From the NCBI RefSeq assembly GCF_965212185.1, contig NZ_OZ243102.1:2741171-2805170 (forward strand): 64,000 bases of DNA, given 5' to 3'. This document shows positions 1 through 9,281 of this stretch, piece by piece. The notes beneath the pieces are model-generated. The model was not told the DNA's origin. It was given only the letters and a program-made list of their open reading frames with translations, and made no database searches. Origin of the DNA: Ekhidna sp. (GTDB lineage: Bacteria > Bacteroidota > Bacteroidia > Cytophagales > Cyclobacteriaceae). The first letter of the stretch is position 1, and every line of letters starts with the position of its first letter. Position numbers and translations under genes: made by a program.

Positions 1-2806
1 TTACATCATTTCCAGAAAACAATGAATTTGGATCCATTGATACTCCTGTGAATACCAGATCTGGTAATGGTCCAGTTGTTACCTCTATAAAATCAGCAGC
101 AAATTGCTCATCTGTCTCAACGCCATCTCCAACAACAAGTGTCACATCATAAATTCCTTGATTGTTATAAAGTACTACTGGGTTTTGATCGGTAGATGTA
201 GCGGGAACTCCTCCCTCAAACGTCCAATTCCATGAAGTCACTTCACCCGTAGAAGCATCAGTGAATTGAACGGACTCTCCTCTAGAAACCGAATCAGTAT
301 CTACAGTGAAATTTGCATTTAGTGGTGGATCTTCAGCTTCACTAACAATAACATATGCAACGATTGTCTTACTATCTTCAGATGTGCTATTACTTACGGT
401 TAATGCAACATCATATACACCAATTGTTGAATAAGAAACCATTGGATTTTGATCAGTTGATGTAGCTGGTGTTCCACCTGCAAATTCCCATGACCAACCG
501 GTTATATTACCTGTTGATAAATCGGTGAATTGGATTGTGTCTCCCTGCACAATACTTGAACTATCTGATTCAAATAATGCCACAAGAGGTGTTTCACTAG
601 ATATTATAATGTAATCTTCCTTGGTTTGAGTGTCATTATCAGCACCCGATGAAACAGTTTGGCTAACATCAAACACCCCAGCATTATTGTAAGTAATAGA
701 TGGATTTTGAGAAGTAGATGAGATTGGATCACCACCATCAAAGCTCCATGAACGAGAACTGACATTCGTCGACAAGCTTAAAAAGTTAATATCATCACCA
801 GGCATTGCCTGAGTTTTGCATGCCCCAAACTCAGAAGATATTGGAGCAGTTTCATCACAATCCGGACCATTGCAAATTAGGGCTAATCCCATGCAATATT
901 CTCCAACATCTTCTAGAAAAGTGTCCTCAAAAACAATTACATATCTGCCTGTTCCCTCAAGATTAAAAATACGAGAAGTAGAGGAAGCACCGGAACTGGT
1001 AGAACCAACAGATGCCCCAGTTGGATCATAAATTCTTGCTCTTGGAGATACTCCTTCGAAACAGTTTACTGATAAATAAATTGCATCTCCTGCAGTTGCT
1101 TCAAAAGTATACAAATCAACCTGGGTTTGTTGATCTAAAGGTCTGCTTATCACCTGATTCAGTGATATTTGTTCAGCCTTAATTACTGGAAACACTTTTT
1201 CAAGTGCTAAATTATAAGTACCTGTATTTTCTAAGAATGTCTCTTCAAAAACTATAGTATGGAATCCCGTTGTAGATATGGTAAGTGATCCGCTTTCATA
1301 AGAAGCACCAGAACTTACTGATCCCACAAAATCACCTACTTCATCATAAACCCTAGCTCGAGGAGCTACTCCACCTATTCCTTTAACAGCTAAATAAATC
1401 ACTTCATCAACTTCCGCATAGAAAGTATAAAGGTCGACTTGTGCAGATGTTGTAATTGTTCCATTAGTTAAATCTCCAAAATTCTTTGGTATTGCATTCT
1501 CAGGACTAGCAATCTTCTCTAAACCTAAGTTGTAGAGACCTGTATTTTCAAGAAAAGTCTCTTCGAAAACAAGAGTGTGCGTGCCAGTAGTCTCTATATA
1601 AATTCTTCCGCTTTCATAAGTAGCGCCAGAACTCACTGACCCAACAAAATCACCATTGGAATCATATACCCTAGCACTTACCGCAACGTCAAAACCTTTT
1701 GCGGATATATAAATTGCTTCGCCGGCAGACGCAGTAAATGTATATAAATCAACTTGTGCAGGAGACGTTATTTCACCGGAGATCAAATCCCCAAAATTCT
1801 TAGGAGCTGCATTAACTGCAGATGCAATTTTCTCTAATCCTATGTTATAGAGACCTGTATTTTCGAGAAAAGTCTCTTCAAAAACAAGGGTGTGCGTGCC
1901 TGAAGTTTCTATATAAATTCTTCCACTTTCATAAGTAGCGCCAGAGCTCACTGACCCTACAAAATCACCATTAGAATCATATACCCTAGCACTAACAGCA
2001 ACGTCAAAACCTTTTGCGGATATATAAATTGCTTCGCCGGCAGACGCAGTAAATGTATATAAATCAACTTGTGCTGGAGAGGTTATCTCACCGGAGATCA
2101 AATCCCCAAAATTCTTTGGTGTTGCATTAACTGCAGATGCAATTTTCTCTAATCCTATGTTATAGAGACCTGTATTTTCAAGAAACGTCTCTTCAAAAAC
2201 AAGGGTGTGCGTGCCTGAAGTTTCTATATAAATTCTTCCACTTTCATAAGTAGCTCCAGAGCTCACTGAGCCAACAAAATCACCATTAGAATCATATACC
2301 CTAGCACTAACAGCAACGTCAAAACCTTTTGCGGCTATATATATTGCTTCGCCTGCAGTCGCAGTGAATGTATATAAATCCACCTGTGCAGCGGATGTTA
2401 TTTCACCTTCTATTAAGTCGCCAAATTGTTTACTAATCGCATTAGTAGCAGGATTGATTCTCTCAAACCCAATATTATAAGTTCCAGTTTGATCACCGAA
2501 TGTATCCTCAAAAGTGAGTGTGTGCGTACCAGTAGTTTGAATAGTTACCCTGCCGCTTTCATATGAAGCGCCTGAACTTACCTCACCAATCTCATCCCCT
2601 CCAGGCTCGAATACTTCAACACGTGGTGCAACCCCAAACCCTTTTGCAGCTATGTATATAACATCTCCTGCATTGGCTGAGAATGAGTAAGAATTAATTT
2701 GTCCAACAGAGGTTAACTCACCGGTTATTAAATCTCCAAAAGAGATTGTTTGACCAGTACTTACAAATGATGATAATAGGAATAAAAGAAGAGCTAATTG
2801 TCTCAT
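1..2806 (-). CDS. Large secreted repeat protein, 5' end complete (ATG at 2804-2806) and 3' end beyond window start. It has a signal peptide, five tandem ~100-aa PPC/pre-peptidase-C-like repeats and then three PKD-like domains.
   Basis: Hand translation of the minus strand from 2806 stays open to position 1 (MRQLALLLFLLSSFVSTGQ...). Repeat signature GDLIxGEITSxAQVDLYTFTAxAGEAIYIAAKGFDV...GTHTLVFEETFLENTGLYNIG occurs five times. PKD-like motif FTDxSTGxxTSWxWxFxGG.PATSTDQNPxxxY occurs three times. It is absent from the ORF track because there is no stop in the window. Confidence 0.7.
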   Translation of the reverse strand, partial: MRQLALLLFLLSSFVSTGQTISFGDLITGELTSVGQINSYSFSANAGDVIYIAAKGFGVAPRVEVFEPGGDEIGEVSSGASYESGRVTIQTTGTHTLTFEDTFGDQTGTYNIGFERINPATNAISKQFGDLIEGEITSAAQVDLYTFTATAGEAIYIAAKGFDVAVSARVYDSNGDFVGSVSSGATYESGRIYIETSGTHTLVFEETFLENTGLYNIGLEKIASAVNATPKNFGDLISGEITSPAQVDLYTFTASAGEAIYISAKGFDVAVSARVYDSNGDFVGSVSSGATYESGRIYIETSGTHTLVFEETFLENTGLYNIGLEKIASAVNAAPKNFGDLISGEITSPAQVDLYTFTASAGEAIYISAKGFDVAVSARVYDSNGDFVGSVSSGATYESGRIYIETTGTHTLVFEETFLENTGLYNLGLEKIASPENAIPKNFGDLTNGTITTSAQVDLYTFYAEVDEVIYLAVKGIGGVAPRARVYDEVGDFVGSVSSGASYESGSLTISTTGFHTIVFEETFLENTGTYNLALEKVFPVIKAEQISLNQVISRPLDQQTQVDLYTFEATAGDAIYLSVNCFEGVSPRARIYDPTGASVGSTSSGASSTSRIFNLEGTGRYVIVFEDTFLEDVGEYCMGLALICNGPDCDETAPISSEFGACKTQAMPGDDINFLSLSTNVSSRSWSFDGGDPISSTSQNPSITYNNAGVFDVSQTVSSGADNDTQTKEDYIIISSETPLVALFESDSSSIVQGDTIQFTDLSTGNITGWSWEFAGGTPATSTDQNPMVSYSTIGVYDVALTVSNSTSEDSKTIVAYVIVSEAEDPPLNANFTVDTDSVSRGESVQFTDASTGEVTSWNWTFEGGVPATSTDQNPVVLYNNQGIYDVTLVVGDGVETDEQFAADFIEVTTGPLPDLVFTGVSMDPNSLFSGNDV
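1180..2750. repeat. Tandem ~300-bp intragenic DNA repeats, at least 4-5 copies. The copies around 1560-1990, 1860-2290 and 2160-2590 are nearly identical.
   Basis: Long near-identical strings recur with ~300-bp period, for example tgtattttcgagaaaagtctcttcaaaaacaagggtgtgcgtgcc...ctcactga around 1860 and 2160. Confidence 0.7.
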
Positions 2807-2865
2807 TTTTATAAAATTAAGTGGTGACTAAGAAAGTAATTGAATTTACAAAAAATCAAAGATTT

Positions 2866-2890
2866 GTGCGATACCCCTGTAGGGGTATTT
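2866..2890. terminator. Possible bidirectional hairpin (ATACCCCTGTAGGGGTAT followed by TTTT) between the two minus-strand genes.
   Basis: Perfect 8-bp inverted repeat followed by a T run, seen directly. Confidence 0.3.
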
Positions 2891-2955
2891 TATAAGTTTG
2901 ATGTTCGAATCAGACCTTTAGTAATACTTTCCAGGAGACTATTTCCTCAATTCGC

Positions 2956-5184
2956 TTAAAGATTAAGCCAATAAGTTATTTTGAATGTGAGTGCTCGGGT
3001 ACGTGGTTGACCTATATTGAATCCTCCTTCATGGTAAGCAAAGTAGTTATCCGTATAAACAAGGAATATATCTGAGACAGGCTTAAATCTCCATTGAAAA
3101 CGAGTATTGATATTCATGTTTTCAATTTGACTATTGTATTGAATGAAAGTCGTCCAGAAAATCTTCTTTGTGAAGGTAAAATCAAATCTTGGTCCAATCA
3201 AGTAAAGTGAGGTGGTGGTATATGGCTCTGGAAGGAGGATTCGATTTAATGCAAAGTCAATGGAAGTAAAGCCCAATGGCTGGTATCGATAACCCACAGA
3301 TCCTTCCAAATTGATCCGATTTCCATTAAAATATTGACCAGATCTTGTATTTAGTCTAAAGAATATCTTCTTGCGTTGGTCTGATTCATATCGTGCGATG
3401 AACTGGTAATTAGTATACTCAGAATCTGAAGGTAACTCTACTCCTCCAGTACCACTTGGATCAAATGAATCAAATAAATAAGTGTATTGCTTTCTTAGGC
3501 GTGTGAAAAAACTGGAAGTATTCCTAAAGGAAATCTCGTATTGTAAATTGTAATCCCAATCCAAAAATCCATAGGTATCATTACCTACCATATCAAAATC
3601 AAATGCGGGACCATGGCTCTGAATCTTTCCCCTTTCCGGAAACCATATGTATCTAACGGTAGTGGCTAATTGTCTAATATCATTTCTCCTTACAAAACCA
3701 ACTTCCGGATTATAGTCAGCTCCAATTAATTGTGAAAAAATATCTACCGACCATTTCTGGATATCATAATTCATGAAAAAACCTCCGGCATAAGGTGAAG
3801 TAGTAGGTTCTGGACCAAATGTTCGGTGATAGAATGCCTTTCCATTCCAAACATTATTACTGCTTGCAAGGCGATACTCAACCCCAAAAGTTCTATTGAA
3901 CTCATTCAAGGAAGTGGTGTCGTATTCACTGGGTGACTCAAACGTTTGTTTATTTATTGCAAAGAAATTAATGTTTGACCGACTAAAAACCTTCTGTTGC
4001 AAGCTAACCATCGAATAATTGTACGAGGGTAATCCAATGGAAGCATCTCTCCCGGCTTGCATTGACAAAATTCCTAATCGCAAATCATCGGATACCTTAC
4101 CACTTAAGCGCATGCCGAATGGAATTTGATTTTGAACATTCTGACCTGTCAAAGTATCAATTGCAATTCCAATTCGTCTTGAGAAAAAAGGTCGCGTACT
4201 CCCTGTACCAAAACCTGAAAAAAGGTCTGCATTCTCAAGAAAAAATTGGCGCCTTTCCGGAAAGAAAATTTCAAATCGATCCAGGTTTGTAACCTGTTGA
4301 TCAACCTCCACTTGCGAGAAATCAGGATTTACAGTCACATCAAGATTGAGTCCGGGCGTAACCGCATACTTTATATCAAACCCGGTTGATGGCTTAAAGT
4401 CTTCACCGGTATTTTCTTCAAAATCACGTTGAGTATTGGTGGCAACATAGGGGATCACTGAAATATTGGTTCCTGGTTTTTTTGTTGGTTCATCCCAAAC
4501 TAATTGTCTGTTATTGGCCAAATTGAAAATTGGAAAAGTTCGTCTTACGGGAGACCAGGTGCTTCTTTCAGCATACTCACTATCCACACGATAGAAGTTT
4601 ACCAACCATGAATCAACTCCTTCACTAAATCGAAGTGTTTTAAAAGGAATTGCCATTTCTACTATCCAGTATTTTTCGAATTGCTGAGCTTCTGCATACC
4701 ATTTATTGTCCCAATCCATGCTAAAACTCCCACCTCCAGTACCACCATTAACAATAAGTGCTTCTCTCATCACTCCAAAAGGGTTGACACCAAACAAAAA
4801 GCCGTTGGTACGATCTGAAAAAGGATCTAGAATAACGGAAAAACTATCATTTGCTGCACCTCTAAAATCTCTTCTGAGTGATGGAGTAACATAACCTCTA
4901 GGCTGAGGTAAATTATGCATGACACCCAACACATAGATGTTTTCATCATCATAAAGTATTTTGGCTACTGTCTGCGCTTGAGCAGGAAGTGAATCGGTGG
5001 GGAAATTTTGTGTAAACTGATAGGCTGAATCTGCAAGACTCCAGGCCTGTTCATCCGGGATACCGTCAATCTTTATTTTACCATCGACTTTTTTGATGGT
5101 AATTGACATCCTCTGACCATACCCTGACAGAGAAGTAAGTATCAAAATACAAATAATTAACCCTCTCATATTAAACAGCTGCAA
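2956..5184 (-). CDS. Secreted 742-aa protein, probably an outer-membrane protein with an N-terminal carbohydrate-binding (CBM9-like) region. It resembles the DUF5916-type proteins of Bacteroidetes.
   Basis: ORF track; signal peptide MRGLIICILILTSLSGYGQ; N-terminal KIDGIPDEQAW motif; beta-rich C-terminal half with many aromatic/Gly alternations. The family assignment is from memory, not a search. Confidence 0.5.
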   Translation of the reverse strand: MQLFNMRGLIICILILTSLSGYGQRMSITIKKVDGKIKIDGIPDEQAWSLADSAYQFTQNFPTDSLPAQAQTVAKILYDDENIYVLGVMHNLPQPRGYVTPSLRRDFRGAANDSFSVILDPFSDRTNGFLFGVNPFGVMREALIVNGGTGGGSFSMDWDNKWYAEAQQFEKYWIVEMAIPFKTLRFSEGVDSWLVNFYRVDSEYAERSTWSPVRRTFPIFNLANNRQLVWDEPTKKPGTNISVIPYVATNTQRDFEENTGEDFKPSTGFDIKYAVTPGLNLDVTVNPDFSQVEVDQQVTNLDRFEIFFPERRQFFLENADLFSGFGTGSTRPFFSRRIGIAIDTLTGQNVQNQIPFGMRLSGKVSDDLRLGILSMQAGRDASIGLPSYNYSMVSLQQKVFSRSNINFFAINKQTFESPSEYDTTSLNEFNRTFGVEYRLASSNNVWNGKAFYHRTFGPEPTTSPYAGGFFMNYDIQKWSVDIFSQLIGADYNPEVGFVRRNDIRQLATTVRYIWFPERGKIQSHGPAFDFDMVGNDTYGFLDWDYNLQYEISFRNTSSFFTRLRKQYTYLFDSFDPSGTGGVELPSDSEYTNYQFIARYESDQRKKIFFRLNTRSGQYFNGNRINLEGSVGYRYQPLGFTSIDFALNRILLPEPYTTTSLYLIGPRFDFTFTKKIFWTTFIQYNSQIENMNINTRFQWRFKPVSDIFLVYTDNYFAYHEGGFNIGQPRTRALTFKITYWLNL

Positions 5185-5261
5185 AGGTAGAATGCTAATT
5201 ATGAGAATTTTGACCGCTCATACAATAACTAGCTTTTCAATTTGGTAATAATAATTAAGCC

Positions 5262-5286
5262 CCCCGACACGTCAGGGGGCTCATTC
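5262..5286 (-). terminator. Rho-independent terminator downstream of ftsZ (end of the dcw operon).
   Basis: On the minus strand, GAGCCCCCTGACGTGTCGGGGGGC is followed by a TTAATTATT U-rich tract. Confidence 0.55.
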
Positions 5287-5464
5287 TTGGCAGAATGCCG
5301 GAACAAGTCCAGCTACCCTAACTTTTGGGTCAGGGCATGTATGACTAACACCTACTGTTAACCATTTTTTTGCTCACAACTACTTATTATTTGTAGTCAT
5401 GAAATCCCGATGCTTCGCCTACCTAAAGGCAGAATAGGTCGGGATGGATTAAAAGCCATGGCTT

Positions 5465-7024
5465 TTAATCCACATTATCATGTAAGAATTTATTATTACC
5501 TAATATCTGATTCTCTTCATTCAGATTGAATTTTGAAATGTTTCGCTCCGAAGAGTGTGGAACATTTTGAAGTTTGACCTTTTTTCGTTCATAAGCAGGT
5601 ACATCTAGACGTTCTTTGAATTCCTCAGTTGGCATTTCAAACTTCTTGTTATCAAACATTGCTTCACGCTCTGCTCGTTCTTGTGCCAATCGCACTTGCT
5701 TAGAGCTAGGAGAAGCATGAAATGCATCAGCAATATCTACCTCATCTTCATGTACTTCTTCCTCTTCGTCGTTTTCAAATGCATTCGTGAAATCGAACTC
5801 GAAAGAAGACTGCTCGGAAGGTTTCTTGCTTCGTTGTTCTTCCTCTTCTACTTCTCTTTTGATTTCATCTTTTAAAGAGCTGAATTCATAATTCCAGTCT
5901 TCAACGTCTTCTTTGTCGCTTTCATCTTCAATCTCAAACATGAAATCTGAAGTATTGCCTCGCTTTTTAGTATCATCAATCTCTTTCTGGGAAAGCAAGT
6001 CGAATCGTTTGGCTTCTTCATCTTTTGAGATGTATTCACCCTCTTCATCAACTTTACCAAAACCAGTGGCGATCACTGTCACTCGGATATTCTCACCCAG
6101 TGAACTATCAACACCGTGACCGAAGATTACCTCAGCATTGTCTCCGGCATATTCCTGAATATAATCTGTTATATCAGTCAATTCATCCATTTGTAGTTCA
6201 GCTTCCTCTCCTGAGATGATGGAAAGCAAAATTTTCTCTGCACCATAAATGTCCTGCTGATTCAACAATGGGGAGTTAAGTGCTTCTTCTGCAGCTCTTC
6301 TTGCTCTGTTGTCACCGATCGTTTTAGCCGATCCCATGACCGCAGGACCTGCACCCTTCATTACGGTTTTAACATCTTCGAAATCTACATTTACATAGCC
6401 GGGAACGGTAATGATCTCAGCTATGCCCTTTGCTGCTGTGGTTAATACATTGTCAGCCTGACCGAATGCTTCGCTGATGGAAAGATTTCCATAAATCTCT
6501 CTCAGTTTATCATTCATAATAACAAGGACTGTATCGCAGTACTTTTTAAGTTCTTTGATACCATCCTCCGCAGCTTTCATTTTTTTCTTACCCTCAAAAG
6601 CAAATGGAGCAGTTACAATACCCACGGTGAGGATATCGAGTTCACTTGCTACCTGTGCAATAACAGGGGCTGCACCAGTACCGGTACCACCACCCATTCC
6701 GGCTGTTATGAAGATCATTTTCGTGTCTTGCGAGAGTAGGTCACGAATCTCTTCTTTACTTTCGATTGCGGCATTTTTGCCTCTTTCAGGATTTGCTCCT
6801 GCACCTAACCCACTGGTCAGGTTTGTTCCGATTTGTAGCTTACTTGGAACCGCACTGCTCTCTAGAGCCTGATGGTCCGTATTGCAAACCACAAATTCTA
6901 CATCCCGGATTCCCAGGCTGTACATGTGATTAACAGCGTTGCTGCCGCCACCACCAACACCCACCACCTTGATGATGGATTTATGATGTGACGGTAAGTC
7001 GAATTGATACATATTTTCTGCCAT
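5465..7024 (-). CDS. ftsZ: Cell division GTPase FtsZ with a long acidic C-terminal linker.
   Basis: GVGGGGSNAVNHM and GGGTGTGAAPVIA tubulin signature motifs; D/E-rich tail of ~200 aa. Confidence 0.97.
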   Translation of the reverse strand: MAENMYQFDLPSHHKSIIKVVGVGGGGSNAVNHMYSLGIRDVEFVVCNTDHQALESSAVPSKLQIGTNLTSGLGAGANPERGKNAAIESKEEIRDLLSQDTKMIFITAGMGGGTGTGAAPVIAQVASELDILTVGIVTAPFAFEGKKKMKAAEDGIKELKKYCDTVLVIMNDKLREIYGNLSISEAFGQADNVLTTAAKGIAEIITVPGYVNVDFEDVKTVMKGAGPAVMGSAKTIGDNRARRAAEEALNSPLLNQQDIYGAEKILLSIISGEEAELQMDELTDITDYIQEYAGDNAEVIFGHGVDSSLGENIRVTVIATGFGKVDEEGEYISKDEEAKRFDLLSQKEIDDTKKRGNTSDFMFEIEDESDKEDVEDWNYEFSSLKDEIKREVEEEEQRSKKPSEQSSFEFDFTNAFENDEEEEVHEDEVDIADAFHASPSSKQVRLAQERAEREAMFDNKKFEMPTEEFKERLDVPAYERKKVKLQNVPHSSERNISKFNLNEENQILGNNKFLHDNVD

Positions 7025-7051
7025 AATTATATTATTTAAAGTCCACAGTTA

Positions 7052-7072
7052 TTTAGTCGACAGTCGACTAAA
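7052..7072. repeat. GTCGAC-based palindromic element TTTAGTCGACAGTCGACTAAA in the ftsZ-ftsA spacer.
   Basis: Perfect palindrome seen directly; a member of a four-copy family in the dcw spacers. Confidence 0.6.
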
Positions 7073-7085
7073 TGTTTGTTGACAA

Positions 7086-8381
7086 TTAATTAATCTTATC
7101 ATCAAAATCGTCAATTAAAAGACCTTTTGTTTTCTCCAAAATGTTGGAAAAGAACTTATTGCCTTGTTTTATTTTTTTCTTTCCTTCTCCTTTGAAAGAA
7201 GGCGCTTCTGAGTATCTAGCCTCACGAATATCTAATGCCTTAAATCCAGAAAGAACCAAACCTACGGTTGTTGCAAACATTGGACTCTTGGCTGCATCAA
7301 CCTTTGACTTACCCAAGTGCTCATTTGGATAGCCTATGCGTGTGTCTAGTCCGGTCATGTATTCAAACAACTGGCTCAGATTGGTTAACTGTGAGCCACC
7401 ACCTGTGACTACTATCCCAGCAGCAAGCTTCTTGTTGTATCCAGAGCTTATAATCTCTGTATGAACAAGCTCAATGATCTCTTCCATCCTCGCCTCTATA
7501 ATGTGCGCTAGGTTTTTAATAGAAATCTCTTTTGGAGGTCGATTTCTCAAACCAGGAATAGAGACGATTTCATTTGGGCTAGCTTCCTCAGAAATGGCCT
7601 TGCCAAACTTAGTTTTCAGTAATTCCGCCTGATGTTCCATCACCATGCAACCTTGTTTGATGTCTGAAGTGATAATGTTTCCACCAAATGGAATCACAGC
7701 TGTATGGCGAATGATATTGTCATAGAAAACAGCTACATCCGTAGTGCCACCACCTATATCAACCAAGCATACACCTGCTTCTTTCTCCTCATCGCTTAAC
7801 ACAGATAAGCTGGACGCGAGTGGTTCCAAAATGAGATTCTCAATCTGGAGCCCAGCCTTTTTCACACACTTGTTTATGTTGTTAATGGCGTTGGTTTGTG
7901 CGGTGATTATATGGAAGTCAGCTTCCAGCTTCACGCCTGTCATTCCAACCGGGTCCATGATGCCATCTTCATAGTCCACAATGTAGTCTTGAGGCATCAC
8001 GTGAATAATTTCACTACCTGGAGGAGTAACAATGCGATGCATATCGCTATTGAGGCGAGTTAGATCCTCAATCGTAATCTCACCATCTTTATCTTCTCGG
8101 GTAATACCTCCGTGGTGTACAGCACTCTTAATATGCTGCCCGGCAATTCCCACATTTACGACTCCAATATCGATACCTGACTGATCACTAGCTTCAGCTA
8201 TTGCTTTTTCAATAGCCCTGACCGTTTTATCAATGTTTGTTACAATACCTCGGATCACACCATCAGATACCGCCTTGCCCATGCCGAGTATCTCTAGTTT
8301 TCCGTATTCATTTTTCTTACCTACAATGGCACAAATCTTTGTGGTGCCAATGTCTAGTCCAACGATGATTTTATCCTCCAT
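7086..8381 (-). CDS. ftsA: Cell division protein FtsA (actin-like ATPase).
   Basis: N-terminus MEDKIIVGLDIGTTKICAIVG; actin-fold motifs; position between ftsQ and ftsZ. Confidence 0.95.
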   Translation of the reverse strand: MEDKIIVGLDIGTTKICAIVGKKNEYGKLEILGMGKAVSDGVIRGIVTNIDKTVRAIEKAIAEASDQSGIDIGVVNVGIAGQHIKSAVHHGGITREDKDGEITIEDLTRLNSDMHRIVTPPGSEIIHVMPQDYIVDYEDGIMDPVGMTGVKLEADFHIITAQTNAINNINKCVKKAGLQIENLILEPLASSLSVLSDEEKEAGVCLVDIGGGTTDVAVFYDNIIRHTAVIPFGGNIITSDIKQGCMVMEHQAELLKTKFGKAISEEASPNEIVSIPGLRNRPPKEISIKNLAHIIEARMEEIIELVHTEIISSGYNKKLAAGIVVTGGGSQLTNLSQLFEYMTGLDTRIGYPNEHLGKSKVDAAKSPMFATTVGLVLSGFKALDIREARYSEAPSFKGEGKKKIKQGNKFFSNILEKTKGLLIDDFDDKIN

Positions 8382-8437
8382 AATTTCTTTATTTCTCGGT
8401 GATTATTCTATTTCGATTGATGAAAAACACCCCTATA

Positions 8438-8500
8438 GTCCCCTCAAGGGGACAATTGTCTCTAGAACTGATTCCCCCTTTGAAGGGGGTGAGGGGGATG
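8438..8500. repeat. Two adjacent C-run/G-run hairpins (GTCCCCTCAAGGGGAC and CCCCCTTTGAAGGGGG) plus a GACAATTGTC palindrome in the ftsQ-ftsA spacer.
   Basis: Inverted repeats seen directly. Similar CCCCC...GGGGG hairpins recur at 21159-21174 and 25743-25760. Confidence 0.45.
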
Positions 8501-8522
8501 TTATATGCCAAAATGTTTTGCA

Positions 8523-9281
8523 TTATTCACAAATAATTTGATTCTCAAACTTCAGATTTACCCGATCATAGGTATTCCAACCTTTCTTGGGTAAAATCTC
8601 TTTGTAGAAAGTCATCAACTTTGAAAACTTTCTTTCTAAATCCTCAGGATGGCCAAACTCTACAACCTGCTTCGTTACCTGTGGATACATTTCAATTTCT
8701 CCATCCTTTTTAATGAAGATATGTGCAATCTGGGCTTTCCAGAATTTATCATTTTCAATGAATGTGAGTAAATCATAGACTTGTTTGCCGTACTTACTTT
8801 CACTTAAATTCTTCTCCCACATAAACTCAAACTCCGTTTCCATTAGTGGGACTCTTGCGGTGTGCTTTGCATTGACAGGTAGTACTCTTCCTTCCGAGTC
8901 AATGTATTTATCTTTCTTTCCATCAATGAAGAGTCTTGCAATGGGCTTGCTTTGCTCAACCTTGACATTAAGCTTGCCCTTTAAGTCTCGATATACTTGA
9001 GCATCTTTCACGAATGGATTCAATTCCACCCGTTCCTCAAGCACTTTTGGATCCAACTTACCCATCTCTACACCGATTACATAGTCTGCACTTTTATCTG
9101 TCATGAGATCAATAACCTCTAATTGGTCGGTAAAGAAATTACCCTCTTGATCAGTAATCTCCACCTCAATTTCTTCAATGGATCGACTCTTATTTTTTAT
9201 TCCTGCGAAAGTGATCAACGTCAACAGCAGCAATCCACTGAAAGAGTAGATAAGAATATTTTTCTTTTCTTCTTTACTCAT
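8523..9281 (-). CDS. ftsQ: Cell division protein FtsQ-like (single N-terminal TM plus POTRA-like domain).
   Basis: Position between murC and ftsA; TM segment ILIYSFSGLLLLTLITFAGI; 8-nt overlap with the murC start. Confidence 0.8.
   Translation of the reverse strand: MSKEEKKNILIYSFSGLLLLTLITFAGIKNKSRSIEEIEVEITDQEGNFFTDQLEVIDLMTDKSADYVIGVEMGKLDPKVLEERVELNPFVKDAQVYRDLKGKLNVKVEQSKPIARLFIDGKKDKYIDSEGRVLPVNAKHTARVPLMETEFEFMWEKNLSESKYGKQVYDLLTFIENDKFWKAQIAHIFIKKDGEIEMYPQVTKQVVEFGHPEDLERKFSKLMTFYKEILPKKGWNTYDRVNLKFENQIICE

Noticed and set aside
816-1031. Plus-strand ORF inside the repeat-protein gene (and similar short ORFs such as 4062-4292, 5681-6219, 6555-6872, 33014-33316, 33331-33594)
   Set aside because: They are fully embedded antisense or out of frame within strong minus-strand genes, or within the tRNA / tRNA-like region. 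They have low-complexity composition and no signals, so they are spurious.
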